In this document: positions 1 to 12,211 of the stretch, piece by piece
Layout: each line of letters begins with the position of its first letter
How positions within the stretch are numbered: the first letter of the stretch is position 1
Translations under genes and position numbers: made by a program
NCBI RefSeq assembly: GCF_002571385.2
Contig: NW_019217900.1
Span: 377,226-441,225, forward strand
From: Stylophora pistillata
Lineage: Eukaryota
DNA: 64,000 nt
Direction of reading: 5' to 3'
Notes under the pieces: model-generated
The model's input: only the letters and a program-made list of their open reading frames with translations
Databases searched by the model: none
Told to the model about the DNA's origin: nothing

Positions 1-220
1 AATAGGCCATTTTACAGTTGTGTACTTAGTTGCCAAGCCTTTGATTCAGAGTGAGGCTGAAGGTGACCTTGTTGTGATAGAGACCTGTATCAACTTAGCA
101 TGATAACAAAGTGATTTACATTTGAAAGGCAGCAAGGTTTGTATCATAACAAGGTCACCCCTAGCCTCACTCCCATTCAAAGGCTTGGCAACCAAGCACA
201 CAACTGTAAAATGGACTATT
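1..220. mobile_element. Palindromic MITE with long terminal inverted repeats, in a DNAJC3 intron
   Basis: AATAGGCCATTTTACAGTTGTGT...GCCAAGCCTTTGA at the left mirrors ...TCAAAGGCTTGGCAACCAAGCACACAACTGTAAAATGGACTATT at the right; arms about 75 bp. Confidence 0.8.
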
Positions 221-789
221 CTTTCTTTGACTTGTTCAAAATCAGACATTCTATCAACTATGTACATAGCAATAAACTTCACCTTTTCAATCCGAGGATT
301 TTGTAATAGTCTCGTTTCTTTGATTGTTTGAGTAATTTCTGTGCTCTGTCGAGTCCTTCTTGAACCTAAACTCAGTTTAAATAAAAACAACAACAATAAA
401 CAAATGAAAACAAATGCGAGTCATTTTTAGTTGTACCGTGATCGTGTTTCCAATCAGTAACAGATTCTCACAGATCAAAACAGCTTCAAGCTACTTTTAA
501 GTTAAAGCTGTTCTCCAGTTTTGACGTACTACAATACTTTTCGAAAAACAGCTGCTGCAATTTCTCTGACGATACCACTGCCAGGCGACTCTTGAAATAA
601 GATCTTCCTGTTTGTGCAAGAACCTAGGTTAAGCGCACCTCAACAAGCTGAAAACCTATTCCTTCATTATCCACATTAAACTTCAATGAACCTCGTCTTC
701 TTGTATTTCCATTAAAAAGCATTTAAAGTGAACGTGGCGCCAACAAAACAAATCTCAAAGGCCAATCCGAAAAAAAGGTTAATTACAGC

Positions 790-975
790 AGGAGCCAATG
801 AGAAGTCAGAGTAAACAGTGGTAACCAGCGTCAAGCGCGGGAAAACGCGGCTGACCAAGTCGCTATTTGTTTCAGTTTTGTATCTGATTGGTTGAGAAAG
901 TGGCGCGATTTTTCTAAACCAATCACAGAACGAAATTAAATAAAACTAATGTAACCCTGTATTACTAACGACAGC
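790..975. repeat. Dispersed CCAATC-rich MITE-like repeat; related copies at about 16340-16510, 23070-23290, 29819-30130, 33037-33270, 35440-35575 and 59759-59930
   Basis: Shared motifs AAAACTCGCGCCACTTTCTCAACCAATCAG and GACTTGGTC...CGCGTTTTCCCGCGCTT in either orientation across the window. Confidence 0.7.
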
Positions 976-1045
976 CAATACTGTTCATTCACGAGACATC
1001 CAGCCTAGGTCGTTGCAAGAAGAAGAATAGCTCTGACCACCCTAC

Positions 1046-4000
1046 CTTGTGTAAGTGTTCGTTGATACTTTTTGCCTTCTGATAATCATTTACAGCTGCG
1101 AAATAAACCTCTACGTTAGTAAATAAAGCAACAAAGAGAAACACGACAAAAATGCCTTCCCAAAATCTGTATATCTGTCTATTGGTTTTCTTCTTTTTTT
1201 CGCCAATCAAATAACTCAAAATTTCACGTGATATGACACCTGCACGAGACATACAGCAAGTGCATGTGACAAGAAACTTGGTAGTGTGAAATACAACACG
1301 TTGCGTGACATTTAAAACGTCCAATACCAACTTTTGGTCTTAACATAACGACATGTTTATGTCCTAGCCGCGACAGGTAACCAACATAAGGAAATAAGGG
1401 AGTACCAATGTTCCATTACAAAACAATTTAAAAGAAATCTTCGTCGCTAAGAACAGTAAATTGGTGTCGACAAAGACGAGAATTCCGTACCTTCATCATA
1501 CATCTCATTTAGTATATGTGCCTCTGCCCTGTCGCACAACGCATCGACGTCGTTCTCATCAATCTTCAACGCCTCGTTACATTCAGTAATGGCATCGTTG
1601 GGATTATGAAGCTAAAAGAAGAAACAAATTGAAAGAAATTGCGTAAAACAAAGGAGACGAAACAATGAACACAAAATTCAAGGACGGATTCCCGACGGAA
1701 TTTCGTAAATTATCCGAAGACCTCCCAACGTTTATTACCCAATCAGAAAACAAGAAAACTCTCGTTCATTGTGTTGCTAAGTCACAATGCTAATGGACAC
1801 TTTGTATTGGCCTGGTCTTCACCGAATAGCTTTGTAAGTTTCTTTTCTTTTAAAAAATTCTGGCCGACAAAAATTTTAGAAAAGGGTTTTTACAACAACA
1901 AACCTTGACGTGACAGTGGCATAGCTGACGTCTTGCCTTGCCTGCTAGTGAACGGATTTTAGATTCTGTTTTGAGAGCTTGTTTAAGTTTGGATATTGCT
2001 TCTTCATATCTGTAAAGAAAAGACGAAGACACACAAGTTTATTGGAAAATGGAGATAAGAGAAAGGAGATGAAAAATAGCAGAACAAAAGGAATCAGTGC
2101 TAAAAAACGAATTTAAGAAGGAAAAAATGGGTTAAAAAAAGGACAAACATTTTCAAGCGGGATTTTAACAATCTGCGAAAATCTTCTACATCCTAAGGTA
2201 TCCTCCTTCTTTTACGGCTTACCTCCACCCCTCAAATCTTCGCTTATCCTAGAGAACAATTCTTCTAGGATTTCCTTCTACGTTTAACAAATTGGAGAAG
2301 AAGATAAAGACAGAGGTAACTTACTCTCCTCTGTTGATCAAATCTTGAGCTGCTTGCATCTGTTTATTCAATTTTTTTAATTTCTGTGAAAACAAAAAGG
2401 GTTCAAAATGTTTATTTGATTGGCTAACAATCATCCGCCAGCCAATGTTAAAGGTTATGCAGTTTTTTTTGTCTTTTTACCGAAACCTACTGCTTTGTTA
2501 ATTGTAAAGTGTTCAACAGCGTAATTTAGTTAGTCCAGATGTAAAGAGATGTGACAAATGGTTGGTGCGCTGGACTTCATATCGAGGGGTCCTGGGTCGA
2601 GGCCTAAGTCCTAGCAAATTGTCTTTGATTTCATATTGATATTGTGGGTGAAAAATACGTCTTGACGACTTTTGGGAATTGAAGGTTTACACCCAAAAGG
2701 AGCTGATTCTTAGAAAGGAGCTGTTTTACCTTGTAAAAAGGAAAACAATCTTTGTGATCAGGATCAAGCTTAAGGCACTCACGAATTTCCCTGAAATTTT
2801 AAAAAAATAGGTTTGAAGATTATATATCGACCACAGAGAAAACAATCCAAAGGTTGAATTTTGCAAAGGGCTATCCTGTTCAGTCCACTGTTCCCTTTTT
2901 GTTTAGAATGTTAAAATGCTTATAACAAATCTTCATTAGCAGGGCTCAACACTAGTGGTAGCCAACTAACCACACACCTGTAGAAATTCAGTTTTGGCTA
3001 GTAGTTTTTGATTTCCACTGGCCAGTTTGGCTAGTAAACAAACTGAAATTGTTGTAACATCTAAGTTGTCACAAGCCACTTGGCTAGTAAGTTGAAAAGT
3101 TAGTGCCGAGCCCTGATTAGAACTGGATACTGGAAACAATTGAAAGTAAACAGCAAGAAAATATTTAAGATGTCCTTGGTCAAGATTTGTAGGAGGGGCC
3201 GAGGAAGGCTTCACCAGAATTCAGGAGAAGATTTGTAAATACAATACCTGTTGTGAAAAAATGTGTGTCAGCCATTGCATCTGTATTTAACTTACCTCAG
3301 TGCATCCTCCAATTCTCCCATTCCATAATGTAACTCACTGAGTCTAAGATATGCTGCTGTATTGTCTGGGATAAGTTTAGTGGTTGGCCTAAAATAACGA
3401 TGCAAACCAACAATAACTAGAAGTCACTCTACACTTTAAGAGAATCTTCAAGACTGCTTTCCTTTTCAGGACAAGCCTGCCGTCATCCAGAAAATACACA
3501 ATGAATGATGGAATAAACACTCTAAAAATTTGATACTTTCTATAAATTTGCAACTGCCTTACCAGAGCTTAATAAATGTATTGAAAATGTTTACCGTATT
3601 GTGTATTACCAGAAGCTTGAAAAACACTTACTTAATGTCTGAAATTGCATTGATGTAGTCCCCCAAGTTTTCATGGCAGTCAGCTCTCATTATTCTTAGT
3701 TCAGTATCCCATGGAGCCACCTGAGGGAGGGAAAAGAAACAAAAATCCTATGAAGGCTTGACTCTCATTTACGCCATAAAATGCCGTGCTGTTCAATAAC
3801 GAAAATATGCTTGGATATTTGGCCACAGACTGTTCTGAGATGCAAATAGTTTTCCAAGAGCAAAGCTTGAAAACTATACATAAGCCTTTATCATTAAGTG
3901 CTTGTTCAAGGACAGCATTTATTCCAGGCAATGTTTATTTGCATTCAATATTTACATCAATAATAAGATACAAATAATTTGTTAATCAATATTAATCATT

Positions 4001-7000
4001 ATTAGTGATAATTATTATCACTATTTAAAATTACCTCTATTGCTCTTCCCAAGAACTCTATAGCAAGTGGATAGTCTCCCATATTTATTGCATTTCTTGC
4101 CTCAGAGACATCTTTTCTGATTGGTTCTATAATGTTCAACTGGACAAAGGAGGAGAGAAAAAGAATGAAAAAATACTCAAGGTTAACTAAGACATGCTCA
4201 GGCAAAATTTATTTTCAAAAGGAAAACATTTTACATCAGATGGTTTAGTTTCAAGGCTACCGAATACCTGCTGCAGTGCTTCGGCATTATCAGGGTTTTT
4301 ATGTAACTGCAAAGAAACATTACAAAAGGTCAGCAATCAATTGTCATTAATCTTAAAAATTTGTTCTTGGTTTCTACTCCAGGCTATGATTAAATCCAAT
4401 ACCCCTGCACCTACAGCTTAACTGGTAGGAATGTCAAAGGTTATGTATGAATTATGTTGAACAAAAGGTCCAACAGAAAATTGTAATTTCTCTTAACAAA
4501 GTACAACAAAATTCTTCAATGTGATTTGTACTTTCATTGCCACAAATAGCAAGTATGATCTAAATTCAGCAAAAGAATACATTTTTCCAGGCTTTGTAAT
4601 GTGATGTAGCCATGTGGGATGTTGAGAGAACACAAGGAAAGCTGGTAAATCATGGGCTGAAGAGGAATAATTTCTAGGCTTTGCGAGCATTCTCCTAACA
4701 TCTCATATGGCTTCATTACGTTAGAGAGGCCGGAAAAAATGTGTTCTATTGCTTTCCTGACATAACTATTTGTCACCAATCAAATGCAAGCTCTATAACA
4801 TGATAAAGAGATTGAATTGACCAATCAGACAATGTTTACTGTTTATTATGTTATAATTTCTAAGAATGAATGACTGACAGAATGTTTGTATAACTGGATC
4901 AAATTGAAGATCACTTAACTCAAGCTAATATAAACAACAGCAAGAACACCAAGACGTAGTTAGTTTTTTTTAGCTTACCACTGCTTCATAATCAATATGT
5001 GCTTCATCTAGTCTTCCTTGTTTAAGTAAAACATTCCCTCTTTGTAACCGCGCCTGTTTAAACAAAAATTATTACTAATAGCTCATGGTACCTTTTACTC
5101 AACACAAGGAAGTAGTAAATCATAACCGAGTCATTTGAACCATTCTCAAGGAAATAGACTTAAAGTTAATAATAAATAGGAAAAATGAACTCTGATTCTG
5201 ATCACTCTATTCCGAAAATATTCACAGGTAACTGGTAATAATCTTAGTCTTAGCAAACAATTTCACCAGTGTATTAAGGGGAAATTAAGGTGACAGTCAT
5301 TCATTTTTTCCAGTTTTCCTATTTGTCATTAACATCCAGGCTAAGCTATCTACTATCAAAGACAGAGGTTGCGTATAAGAATGGAACAAATTGCTCACAT
5401 TTTAAACTAGCTATTTGCTGAACTGGGCTACCCTGTCTAAATATTCCTAATAAATAAATTGATTAATTAAATATTCATTAAAAACGTTAAATTAAAAGTC
5501 CTAAAATTTTTTAAGTCTTTGAAAAATTCATTGTTTATCTTTCATGCAAGGTAAAGGCTTTCCTGGATGGGACAAAGGAAATTCAAAGTTGAATCACGAA
5601 TTTTCCCTTACAGCCTTCCTTACAGAAAATTCTCTCTGCAAGATCCAAGAAATTTTCCTTATTTTCTGCTGAATGTGTACTTAATGAAAAACCTTTCCAT
5701 TATATTTTTCTGTAAACATACCTGAAAAAAGTCAGGTCTTAGTTCCAGGACTCTGTCTAGATCAGGTAAAGCAGCTTTTGAGCGACCCATTGCTAGAAAA
5801 ACTGTTGCTCTTTTAAAATATGTCAAAAAATTGTCAGGATCACCATCTGAAATAAGAAAGAAGAAACCTTGAGGTCTTCACTTCCAGGAGTAACCAAATC
5901 AATTTCTCCTTAAATATCAATAAATTTTACAGAAAAAGATGAAGAAAAATTTCAATATTGAAATATTGATCAACTTAACACCCAGTTCTCTGATGTACAA
6001 GTTATACGATTTTGTGCGGCTAATAGCTTGAAGAAGTGACATTATAATTGTGAAATTGAAGAACAATCGGAGCTCAAAATTTTCCAAAAGTCGTGTTGGT
6101 ACTGTATAAATTAAGTTGTTTATATTGTAATTGATAAAACAAAGTTGGCAATTTTTGATTGGTTGAATTTTAAACCACGTTCGCGCCAATTTAATTCGCC
6201 CTCGGGATGATGTAAGAAAAGATATCATGTAATTCGAAAGACGCGGGAGAAAACTTTTTTCAGTGAGAGGCAATACAGGCCAAAAGAAAAATATTCAGAT
6301 TCTTTCCGCTTCGAATAAATCTGCGAGACATAAAGAAATAGTAAACATGATTAAGTATACGTGATTTATTGCGATCGAGACGTCATCGTTGACGTTCGTT
6401 TGGCTGGGTTTAACTAACTCCACTCGATTTTGCAGTAAAACTTTCAAGTAATGCCATAAATTTTCTGGAACGTAACAACGGTATTCTAGGTTTTAAAAAC
6501 AAAACGTTACGCTACTCAAGCAGGTAAAAACATTTGAGTTCACCCAAATAAATAACATCGACCGAAGTTCTAAACTTATTTATTGCACTGCATCGGTCTG
6601 GAAACTAAACTACTGCCATAAAAATTTACAGAAGTAACAGTTCACAGAGAAGCGGACAAATTGACGATTTAAAGCAAGGAATTTTCGGTAACTCTTAACA
6701 ACTGTTTCATCACAGACCACGGTGGAAATTAGGCTAAACGCCGGTTTGAAATAAAAATCACTTACCAACCGCTGCATGATAGTGTACTAGAGCATCACTT
6801 AGCTGCCCATTGGCAAGCAATCTCTTGCCTTGTTCTAAATGTTTTTCGACTTCTGTTGCTGACAATTTGCTCGAAACTCCTGCAAGATAAGATCCAACTC
6901 ACATCATCTTATGAGGCACGTCACCCAAATTCCCTCGTAGGAGAATGGACAAAATCCCCGCACAAAATATTAAATCTGATAATTTCACAGGACTTACCGA

Positions 7001-7067
7001 TTATTTTCAGTTCCAAAATGATCAAAATTATATTCAACGATGTAAAAAGTTGTCCAAAACTACACAT
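1046..7067 (-). CDS. DNAJC3: DnaJ homolog subfamily C member 3 (P58IPK, ER co-chaperone), 5' part; J-domain exons lie left of the window. Exons: 7067-6998, 6879-6766, 5846-5722, 5053-4979, 4306-4268, 4139-4035, 3720-3632, 3388-3296, 2790-2730, 2383-2325, 2009-1904, 1611-1491, 1095-1046
   Basis: Spliced translation gives signal peptide MCSFGQLFTSLNIILIILELKIIG, then EVEKHLEQGKRLLANGQLSDALVHYHAAVDGDPDNFLTYFKRATVFLAMGRSKAALPDL, ARLQRGNVLLKQG and EIRECLKLDPDHKDCF, matching DNAJC3 TPR repeats; all introns GT-AG and in phase. Confidence 0.95.
2940..3115. mobile_element. hAT-like MITE (CAGGGCTC termini) with 5-bp TSD ATTAG
   Basis: TIR CAGGGCTC...GAGCCCTG; ATTAG at 2935-2939 and 3116-3120; two more copies in the window. 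Confidence 0.85.
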
Positions 7068-7162
7068 TTTGAGACTGACATGTATGTTTTGCCTTAAAAT
7101 TTCTGTTTCCTATGTTTTAAGGAAGTGAACCGCGGTTCACTTTCAGTGTTGGCGCACACCGT

Positions 7163-7181
7163 CGTGGTCGCAGCTGATTGG
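7163..7181 (-). promoter_or_regulatory. ER stress response element ERSE-I (CCAAT-N9-CCACG)
   Basis: Minus strand reads CCAAT cagctgcga CCACG, exact consensus spacing, about 100 bp upstream of the DNAJC3 ATG. Confidence 0.8.
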
Positions 7182-8055
7182 TCGTCAATACGTTCCCAGA
7201 CTTCTCTCAGAAGCCCGGTGTCATCCCATCCACTTATGCAGATATCCGCGTGATTTGTTTACACCCGGTGGGAATACCCGACACATCTGGAAAAATAGCG
7301 GAAGACGTGTTTTGCGTTGGAATGAAAAGGAAAAGTTCAGGGATTTTTCCATTCACATGGAAAAATAAAACAATAGTAGCAATGTTATGGATTTAATGGT
7401 TATGGATATTGGAAATTTTTTTCTCCCATTTTGTCACTGACAAGCCACTTTTAGTTGTAGACTTGGACTTGATGTCTTTTCAGTTGGTAAAGGGCTGAAA
7501 GCTTTACGGTTAGAACAAATTTAAAGACTAAACTTTTCCTATACTCCACAATCTAAACAAAGAACAGTGTAGATCAAAGATTGCAATTTTAAGCGAAAAA
7601 TTCTCCATGAAGTCTCAGAGAAAAAAAAGCAATACTCCATTTTTGTGTAAGTTCTAATATACAACTAATAAAAAGGAAAGGACATTTTTTACAAGACAAA
7701 CTTTCTTTTATTACAAAACTAATTTTTTAGTTTAAATTTGTCAACTGTCAAGCAAAATCACTCTTTTTCATCTTCCATAAATTTTCTGGGTGTCATAATA
7801 CAACAGCAAAAAGTATATAAATAAAGCAATAATATATTATAAATCAAAATAACTTATCTTTACAGATAAATCATTATCACCCATTAATCTGAGATAATGA
7901 CTCTATGTTTCCTTGCTTTAAAAAATGCAATACACTATTTTAATGCAAAAAAACTTTGACAGTGTTCAATTCCCAGGGAAGAAATATTTTTTCTTTGTTA
8001 ATTAACATCTAATAAATAGAAGAGATCACTCATAACACAGTGCAAAGCTTTCTGA

Positions 8056-8263
8056 ATCCTTAAACTCCCAAAGTTATCTACATGTAACTTCTCCTTATAA
8101 TTCCAATATGATATCTTGCAAACAGGATATGAGAACATACAAGGTTGTCAGTGAAATGGTGTTATCTTGACGTGCAACTATAACAAAAAATGCTCCTGTC
8201 TAGGAAATGTAAGAGAATTTAAAGAGATAATTACTCATTGGATCCTGAGAGTTAAAGAGTTTA
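8056..8263. mobile_element. TTAA/CCCTT-ended MITE family (piggyBac-like termini), degenerate copy
   Basis: CCTTAAACTCCCA...TTCTCCTTATAAT...GAGAGTTAAAGAGTTTAA; same family as 38366, 38850, 42715, 56160, 56904 and 61926. Confidence 0.6.
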
Positions 8264-8367
8264 AAAAAAGTAAGAACCAAAGCTAGTTTGCAATCTATGC
8301 ATAACAAATTGTATTGTGTACTGGAGGAACTACCAAGCCAATCAAGAAGTAGGGAATGAGCAAGTCA

Positions 8368-8393
8368 AATATGCCATTTCCTGAATTACCTTT

Positions 8394-8424
<31 letters not shown>

Positions 8425-8544
8425 ACCTTACATATAATAATAAGTTTTCATTCCCATGAAAATTAAACTCATTTCCATACAAATGATTGAGCACCAGGCC
8501 TCACATTCAAAAAGAGGCCAAAGGTAATTCGTAAATGGCCTATT
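8368..8544. mobile_element. MITE with AATA(T/G)GCCATTT terminal inverted repeats
   Basis: AATATGCCATTTCCTGAATTACCTTTGCCTCTTTTT mirrors AAAAAGAGGCCAAAGGTAATTCGTAAATGGCCTATT. Confidence 0.7.
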
Positions 8545-8643
8545 AATAAATAGGACATGAAATTTGATGGAGCATCTAATAAAAAGTTAAGTGTCTGTTT
8601 GCATTATGTTCAAATCAGTCTACTCAAATGTAATAGATTGTAC

Positions 8644-10488
8644 CTAGTTTATCCAGCCATATGAAAAGAAACCATTATTTAGCCAAAATGCACACTCTTC
8701 CATGTGGTAACCATGGTTATCAAGAACCTTTATACCACTGTCTGTGAACAGAGCAGTACTTCCAGGGAACTCTTTCCAAGAAGCATCTTGAAAGGTAAAT
8801 TCATTGTAAATAAATTTACCAAACTCTCTTCTAAGGTCCCTCATGAAGCTGTGGTCTCCGGGTGATGGAGTGTAACGAAATGCAGGAGGGAAACCAAACA
8901 GTGTGATAAGATCCCACATGTGAAATGCAAATGTTGCTGGAAATCCAACCACATTCATCGGAAATGATGGAGCATTTGTAACCACATATCTGTAAACTGG
9001 GCTCTTGAAACCTTGAGATGCATTCAAGGCCAACACATCATTTGGGCAAGAAACTCGTATATCAGAGGCCAGGGACGAATAAGTAAACTGAGGAGACAGA
9101 GTTCCCTCACTGGGCTCACTTTTGTTATACATGGCAAGTACCAAGCTGACATTCTTTCCAATAAAAGGAGCCAATTTTTGCTTCATATAAACACTGTAGT
9201 CTTCCCAAGTAGAATTGGAAAAATCCTTCACTGGTTTAATATTTACCTCTTGTGCTGTTGTCCCAATAATTAAAGGGACATCATTTGCTTCCCCTTCTAC
9301 CATGGCAAGAAGAGGAGGCTTGGGAACTACAACATTGTCAACAACGGCAACTGCCCCACAGAACACATTTTTCTGTGGCAGATCCATAAAATCAGCCATG
9401 CGCCAGTATGGGTATACATCCCATGGGATGGCAGCTTCCAGCTTCTCAGTAGTTAGCTGGTACAAACAGTCTCTTTCAGCTGCTGAGCTGTTTCTCACAC
9501 AATCACAATTTTTGATGAAAATTTTGTTGTCATCTGCAGCATCTTCCCATGATTTGTTATAAACAGCTGAGGCACTCATGATAATTGCTCGATGGAATAG
9601 CCCAGCTGCACCAGGGGAGGCAAGCAAAGCCAGTTCAGATGTACCACCAGAGCTTTGTCCAATCAGAGTAACAGATTTTGGATCACCACCAAATTTATGG
9701 ATGTTAGCTTTCACCCATTTTAAGGCTAATACCTGGTCCATGAAGCCATAGTTCCCTGAACTCTTGCTTGATGATGCCTCTGCTAAGGAGTTTAAAGCAA
9801 GAAAACCAAACACATTTAATCTGTAATTGAAAGAAACTCCAACAATCTTCATTTTTGAAACCATTTCCGGTGAAGGGTGAAGTCCATTCCAATCCCCAGA
9901 AGAATACATCAAAAATCCACCATGAATGTAAACTAAAACAGGGAGAAGTTTTTCAGTTGATCTGTGCTTTGGTGTCCATACATTTAAAAACAAGCAATCC
10001 TCACTGCCTATGACTTTTGTTGGATCTGGAGTGTGCAACACATCTTGCTGTGCACACCAACTTCCAAATTCACTAGCATCCAGAGTTCCATTCCAGCATT
10101 TGTTTATATCATCGTCACACGAGACCGGAGCTCTCCAGCGTAAATTTCCAACGGGCGATTTTGCATAAGGAATTCCTTTAAACACAACCGCATCACCCTC
10201 AAACTTACCGCGGATGACACCCGCTTTGATTGTCACTGTAATATGTTGGGTCTCCTCTAGCACGATTTGTTGGTATTCCTTGACTTTTCGAGAGAAATAA
10301 TAATACAGAAGGCCTGACAGAATAGCAACAAATGCAGCGGCAGTTAATACAAATGCAATTCTCTTTTTTGTTCTTTGCTTCAATAAACACGATTTAGAAC
10401 TGCCTCGAATGCTGTGTTGTCCTTCACTTTCGAACTCCAGTTCTTCTCGAATCGGAAGGAAAGGTGTTGATTCCCGAGATCTTCCCAT
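8644..10488 (-). CDS. Type B carboxylesterase (COesterase family), type II membrane protein, coding sequence intronless
   Basis: FKGIPYAKSPVGNLRW, SEDCLFLNVWTP, HGG oxyanion loop, GNYGFMDQVLALKWV, nucleophile GQSSGG, acid GTTAQE, His in AFHMWD; N-terminal TM helix IAFVLTAAAFVAILSGLLYYY; first ATG at 10488 (the track's 10530 start is GTG). Confidence 0.92.
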   Translation of the reverse strand: MGRSRESTPFLPIREELEFESEGQHSIRGSSKSCLLKQRTKKRIAFVLTAAAFVAILSGLLYYYFSRKVKEYQQIVLEETQHITVTIKAGVIRGKFEGDAVVFKGIPYAKSPVGNLRWRAPVSCDDDINKCWNGTLDASEFGSWCAQQDVLHTPDPTKVIGSEDCLFLNVWTPKHRSTEKLLPVLVYIHGGFLMYSSGDWNGLHPSPEMVSKMKIVGVSFNYRLNVFGFLALNSLAEASSSKSSGNYGFMDQVLALKWVKANIHKFGGDPKSVTLIGQSSGGTSELALLASPGAAGLFHRAIIMSASAVYNKSWEDAADDNKIFIKNCDCVRNSSAAERDCLYQLTTEKLEAAIPWDVYPYWRMADFMDLPQKNVFCGAVAVVDNVVVPKPPLLAMVEGEANDVPLIIGTTAQEVNIKPVKDFSNSTWEDYSVYMKQKLAPFIGKNVSLVLAMYNKSEPSEGTLSPQFTYSSLASDIRVSCPNDVLALNASQGFKSPVYRYVVTNAPSFPMNVVGFPATFAFHMWDLITLFGFPPAFRYTPSPGDHSFMRDLRREFGKFIYNEFTFQDASWKEFPGSTALFTDSGIKVLDNHGYHMEECAFWLNNGFFSYGWIN

Positions 10489-10967
10489 TTCTGTGAGAAA
10501 TTTCCAAACAAACTTTCTGTTCCACTGCACTTACAAGCCGTTAAAATCGCTTTTGGCGCACAATGTAGACCGTATCCTCCAATAAGTTAACGCAATACAA
10601 AACATAGGTATCACAAGGTATCATATTAACCTGCCGCCTATACAAAACATTCACCGAAATACTTCGATCAGAAAACAAAGTAAAAACCTGTACCAAAGAG
10701 CCGGTAAGTCACGTGAGGGGTAAATGATTACTGTTAGCGAGTGGGTTAGTAACGCCAGATACGGTATTGCGTGACATACAAACCCTCCCCGCCCCGTCAA
10801 AAGCTTCCAGCTTGCATGTAGCCCCCTATTCTTTCATCACCTCCAACACCGAAAAAAGACAAAACAAAACGAGACAAAAAAGAAAAATAAAAGAAAGGAA
10901 AAAAAAAGAAAACAGAAGAACGAGAGAATTAAAACAAAGGTGGTCAGTATTTGAAATTTTCAGTTAC

Positions 10968-11232
10968 CTGATTTTATCAACTGAGCTATTAACGTAAATA
11001 ATTGGCCACCGTAAAGAATTTATAACGCTGATGTTTGGGGCGTTAGCCTTTCTTCAATCGTCAAAGCATGGGTGGAAGGGTTTAAATCTCGAAACTTCAG
11101 CCTCAGAAACTCTTAACGGTGGCCTATATATATTATTTAACTCAACTGATAAAACCAATTTAACTTATAAAATCCCCGGTCCCACCTACGTAAACCCACA
11201 GTTTCTTTAAACATACCCTCTTTCACTCATTT
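10968..11232 (+). mobile_element. Degenerate Penelope-like pseudo-LTR fold-back copy
   Basis: TTATCAACTGAG...AATTGGCCACCGTAAAG...GCGTTAGCCTTTC followed by CTCGAAACTTCAGC...ACGGTGGCC...CTCAACTGATAAAACCAA...CACAGTTTCTTT, homologous to the 19260, 31135, 52894 and 58535 copies. Confidence 0.7.
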
Positions 11233-12211
11233 GTTATATAAGCTTCTATTTTAAATAATGTCATAGGTCTTCAACCAAAATGATGCATAATGCATGCGAT
11301 TTTCCTTAAAGCTGACTTACAGTTCAGAAATCAGAAAAAAAATTTGCTTACTTTGTGCTTCTTAACAGACCCACTCCTTTTCCAAAAAGGTCCCCCCCCA
11401 CCCCCCTCGGTAATAAGGACTCACCTGATATCCTTGAAAATCGACAAGCCTTGGGGACTTATGTAAATGTCGACGGGAATACAATGTTACTGTTTTCAGC
11501 TCTTAAATATCGAAACACAATCTCTCCATTCCCAACCATTTGTTCACGGTCGTCCTTTAGAGGAAAACTTTCCCGAGACTCTTAGTGAGCAGTACTGTAA
11601 AAACTTTTATCCTTATTTCATCTATTTCATCTGATTACATTTTAAGTGATTTACTCAGCGCAGCGTAAGTCCTGATTGATCAAACTGGGATCGTAAATTT
11701 CATTACATAGCAATTGAGACGATGAATTTCGCCAGTGTCATTCAAATGTATTGCGCATGCTCAAACAAACTAAATAAGGAATCACAGTGACCTCGCGGAT
11801 TAATATTCTCAAAGAATATTTCATTATTTGATGATAAAACTGGAGTCATCAGACTCGAAGCTAAAAAAGAAAAAAAGCTTGTATTTGTTACATATGAAGC
11901 TGTGTAGTCTGTGATTTGAATTTTTTTTACAAATGTGGGAGTGAAGGAATTTGGGTGGACGCCTTATCTCGTCCGAGTCCCCTCTCGTGCATTCTTCTCA
12001 GGAGAGGAAAAGGCTGCAAGCAATTTCTATTTTATTTTGTTTAGGCATGGTACATCACATTTCCAATCACGTGGTGGGCAGTTACATAACTTTATTGGAA
12101 CATGAGTTTACACAAGGAGTGGGTTCCAATTCCACGGGGCTGACTTCAACCCCAACATGGCCGCCATGCAATTGTTCTGGTAACCAGCATGGCCTTTGTG
12201 ACTTCATGTAA

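Noticed and set aside
8644-10488. Horizontal transfer of the carboxylesterase from bacteria
   Set aside because: Lack of introns alone is insufficient; the TM anchor, glycosylation sequons, cysteines and host-like base composition fit an animal gene.
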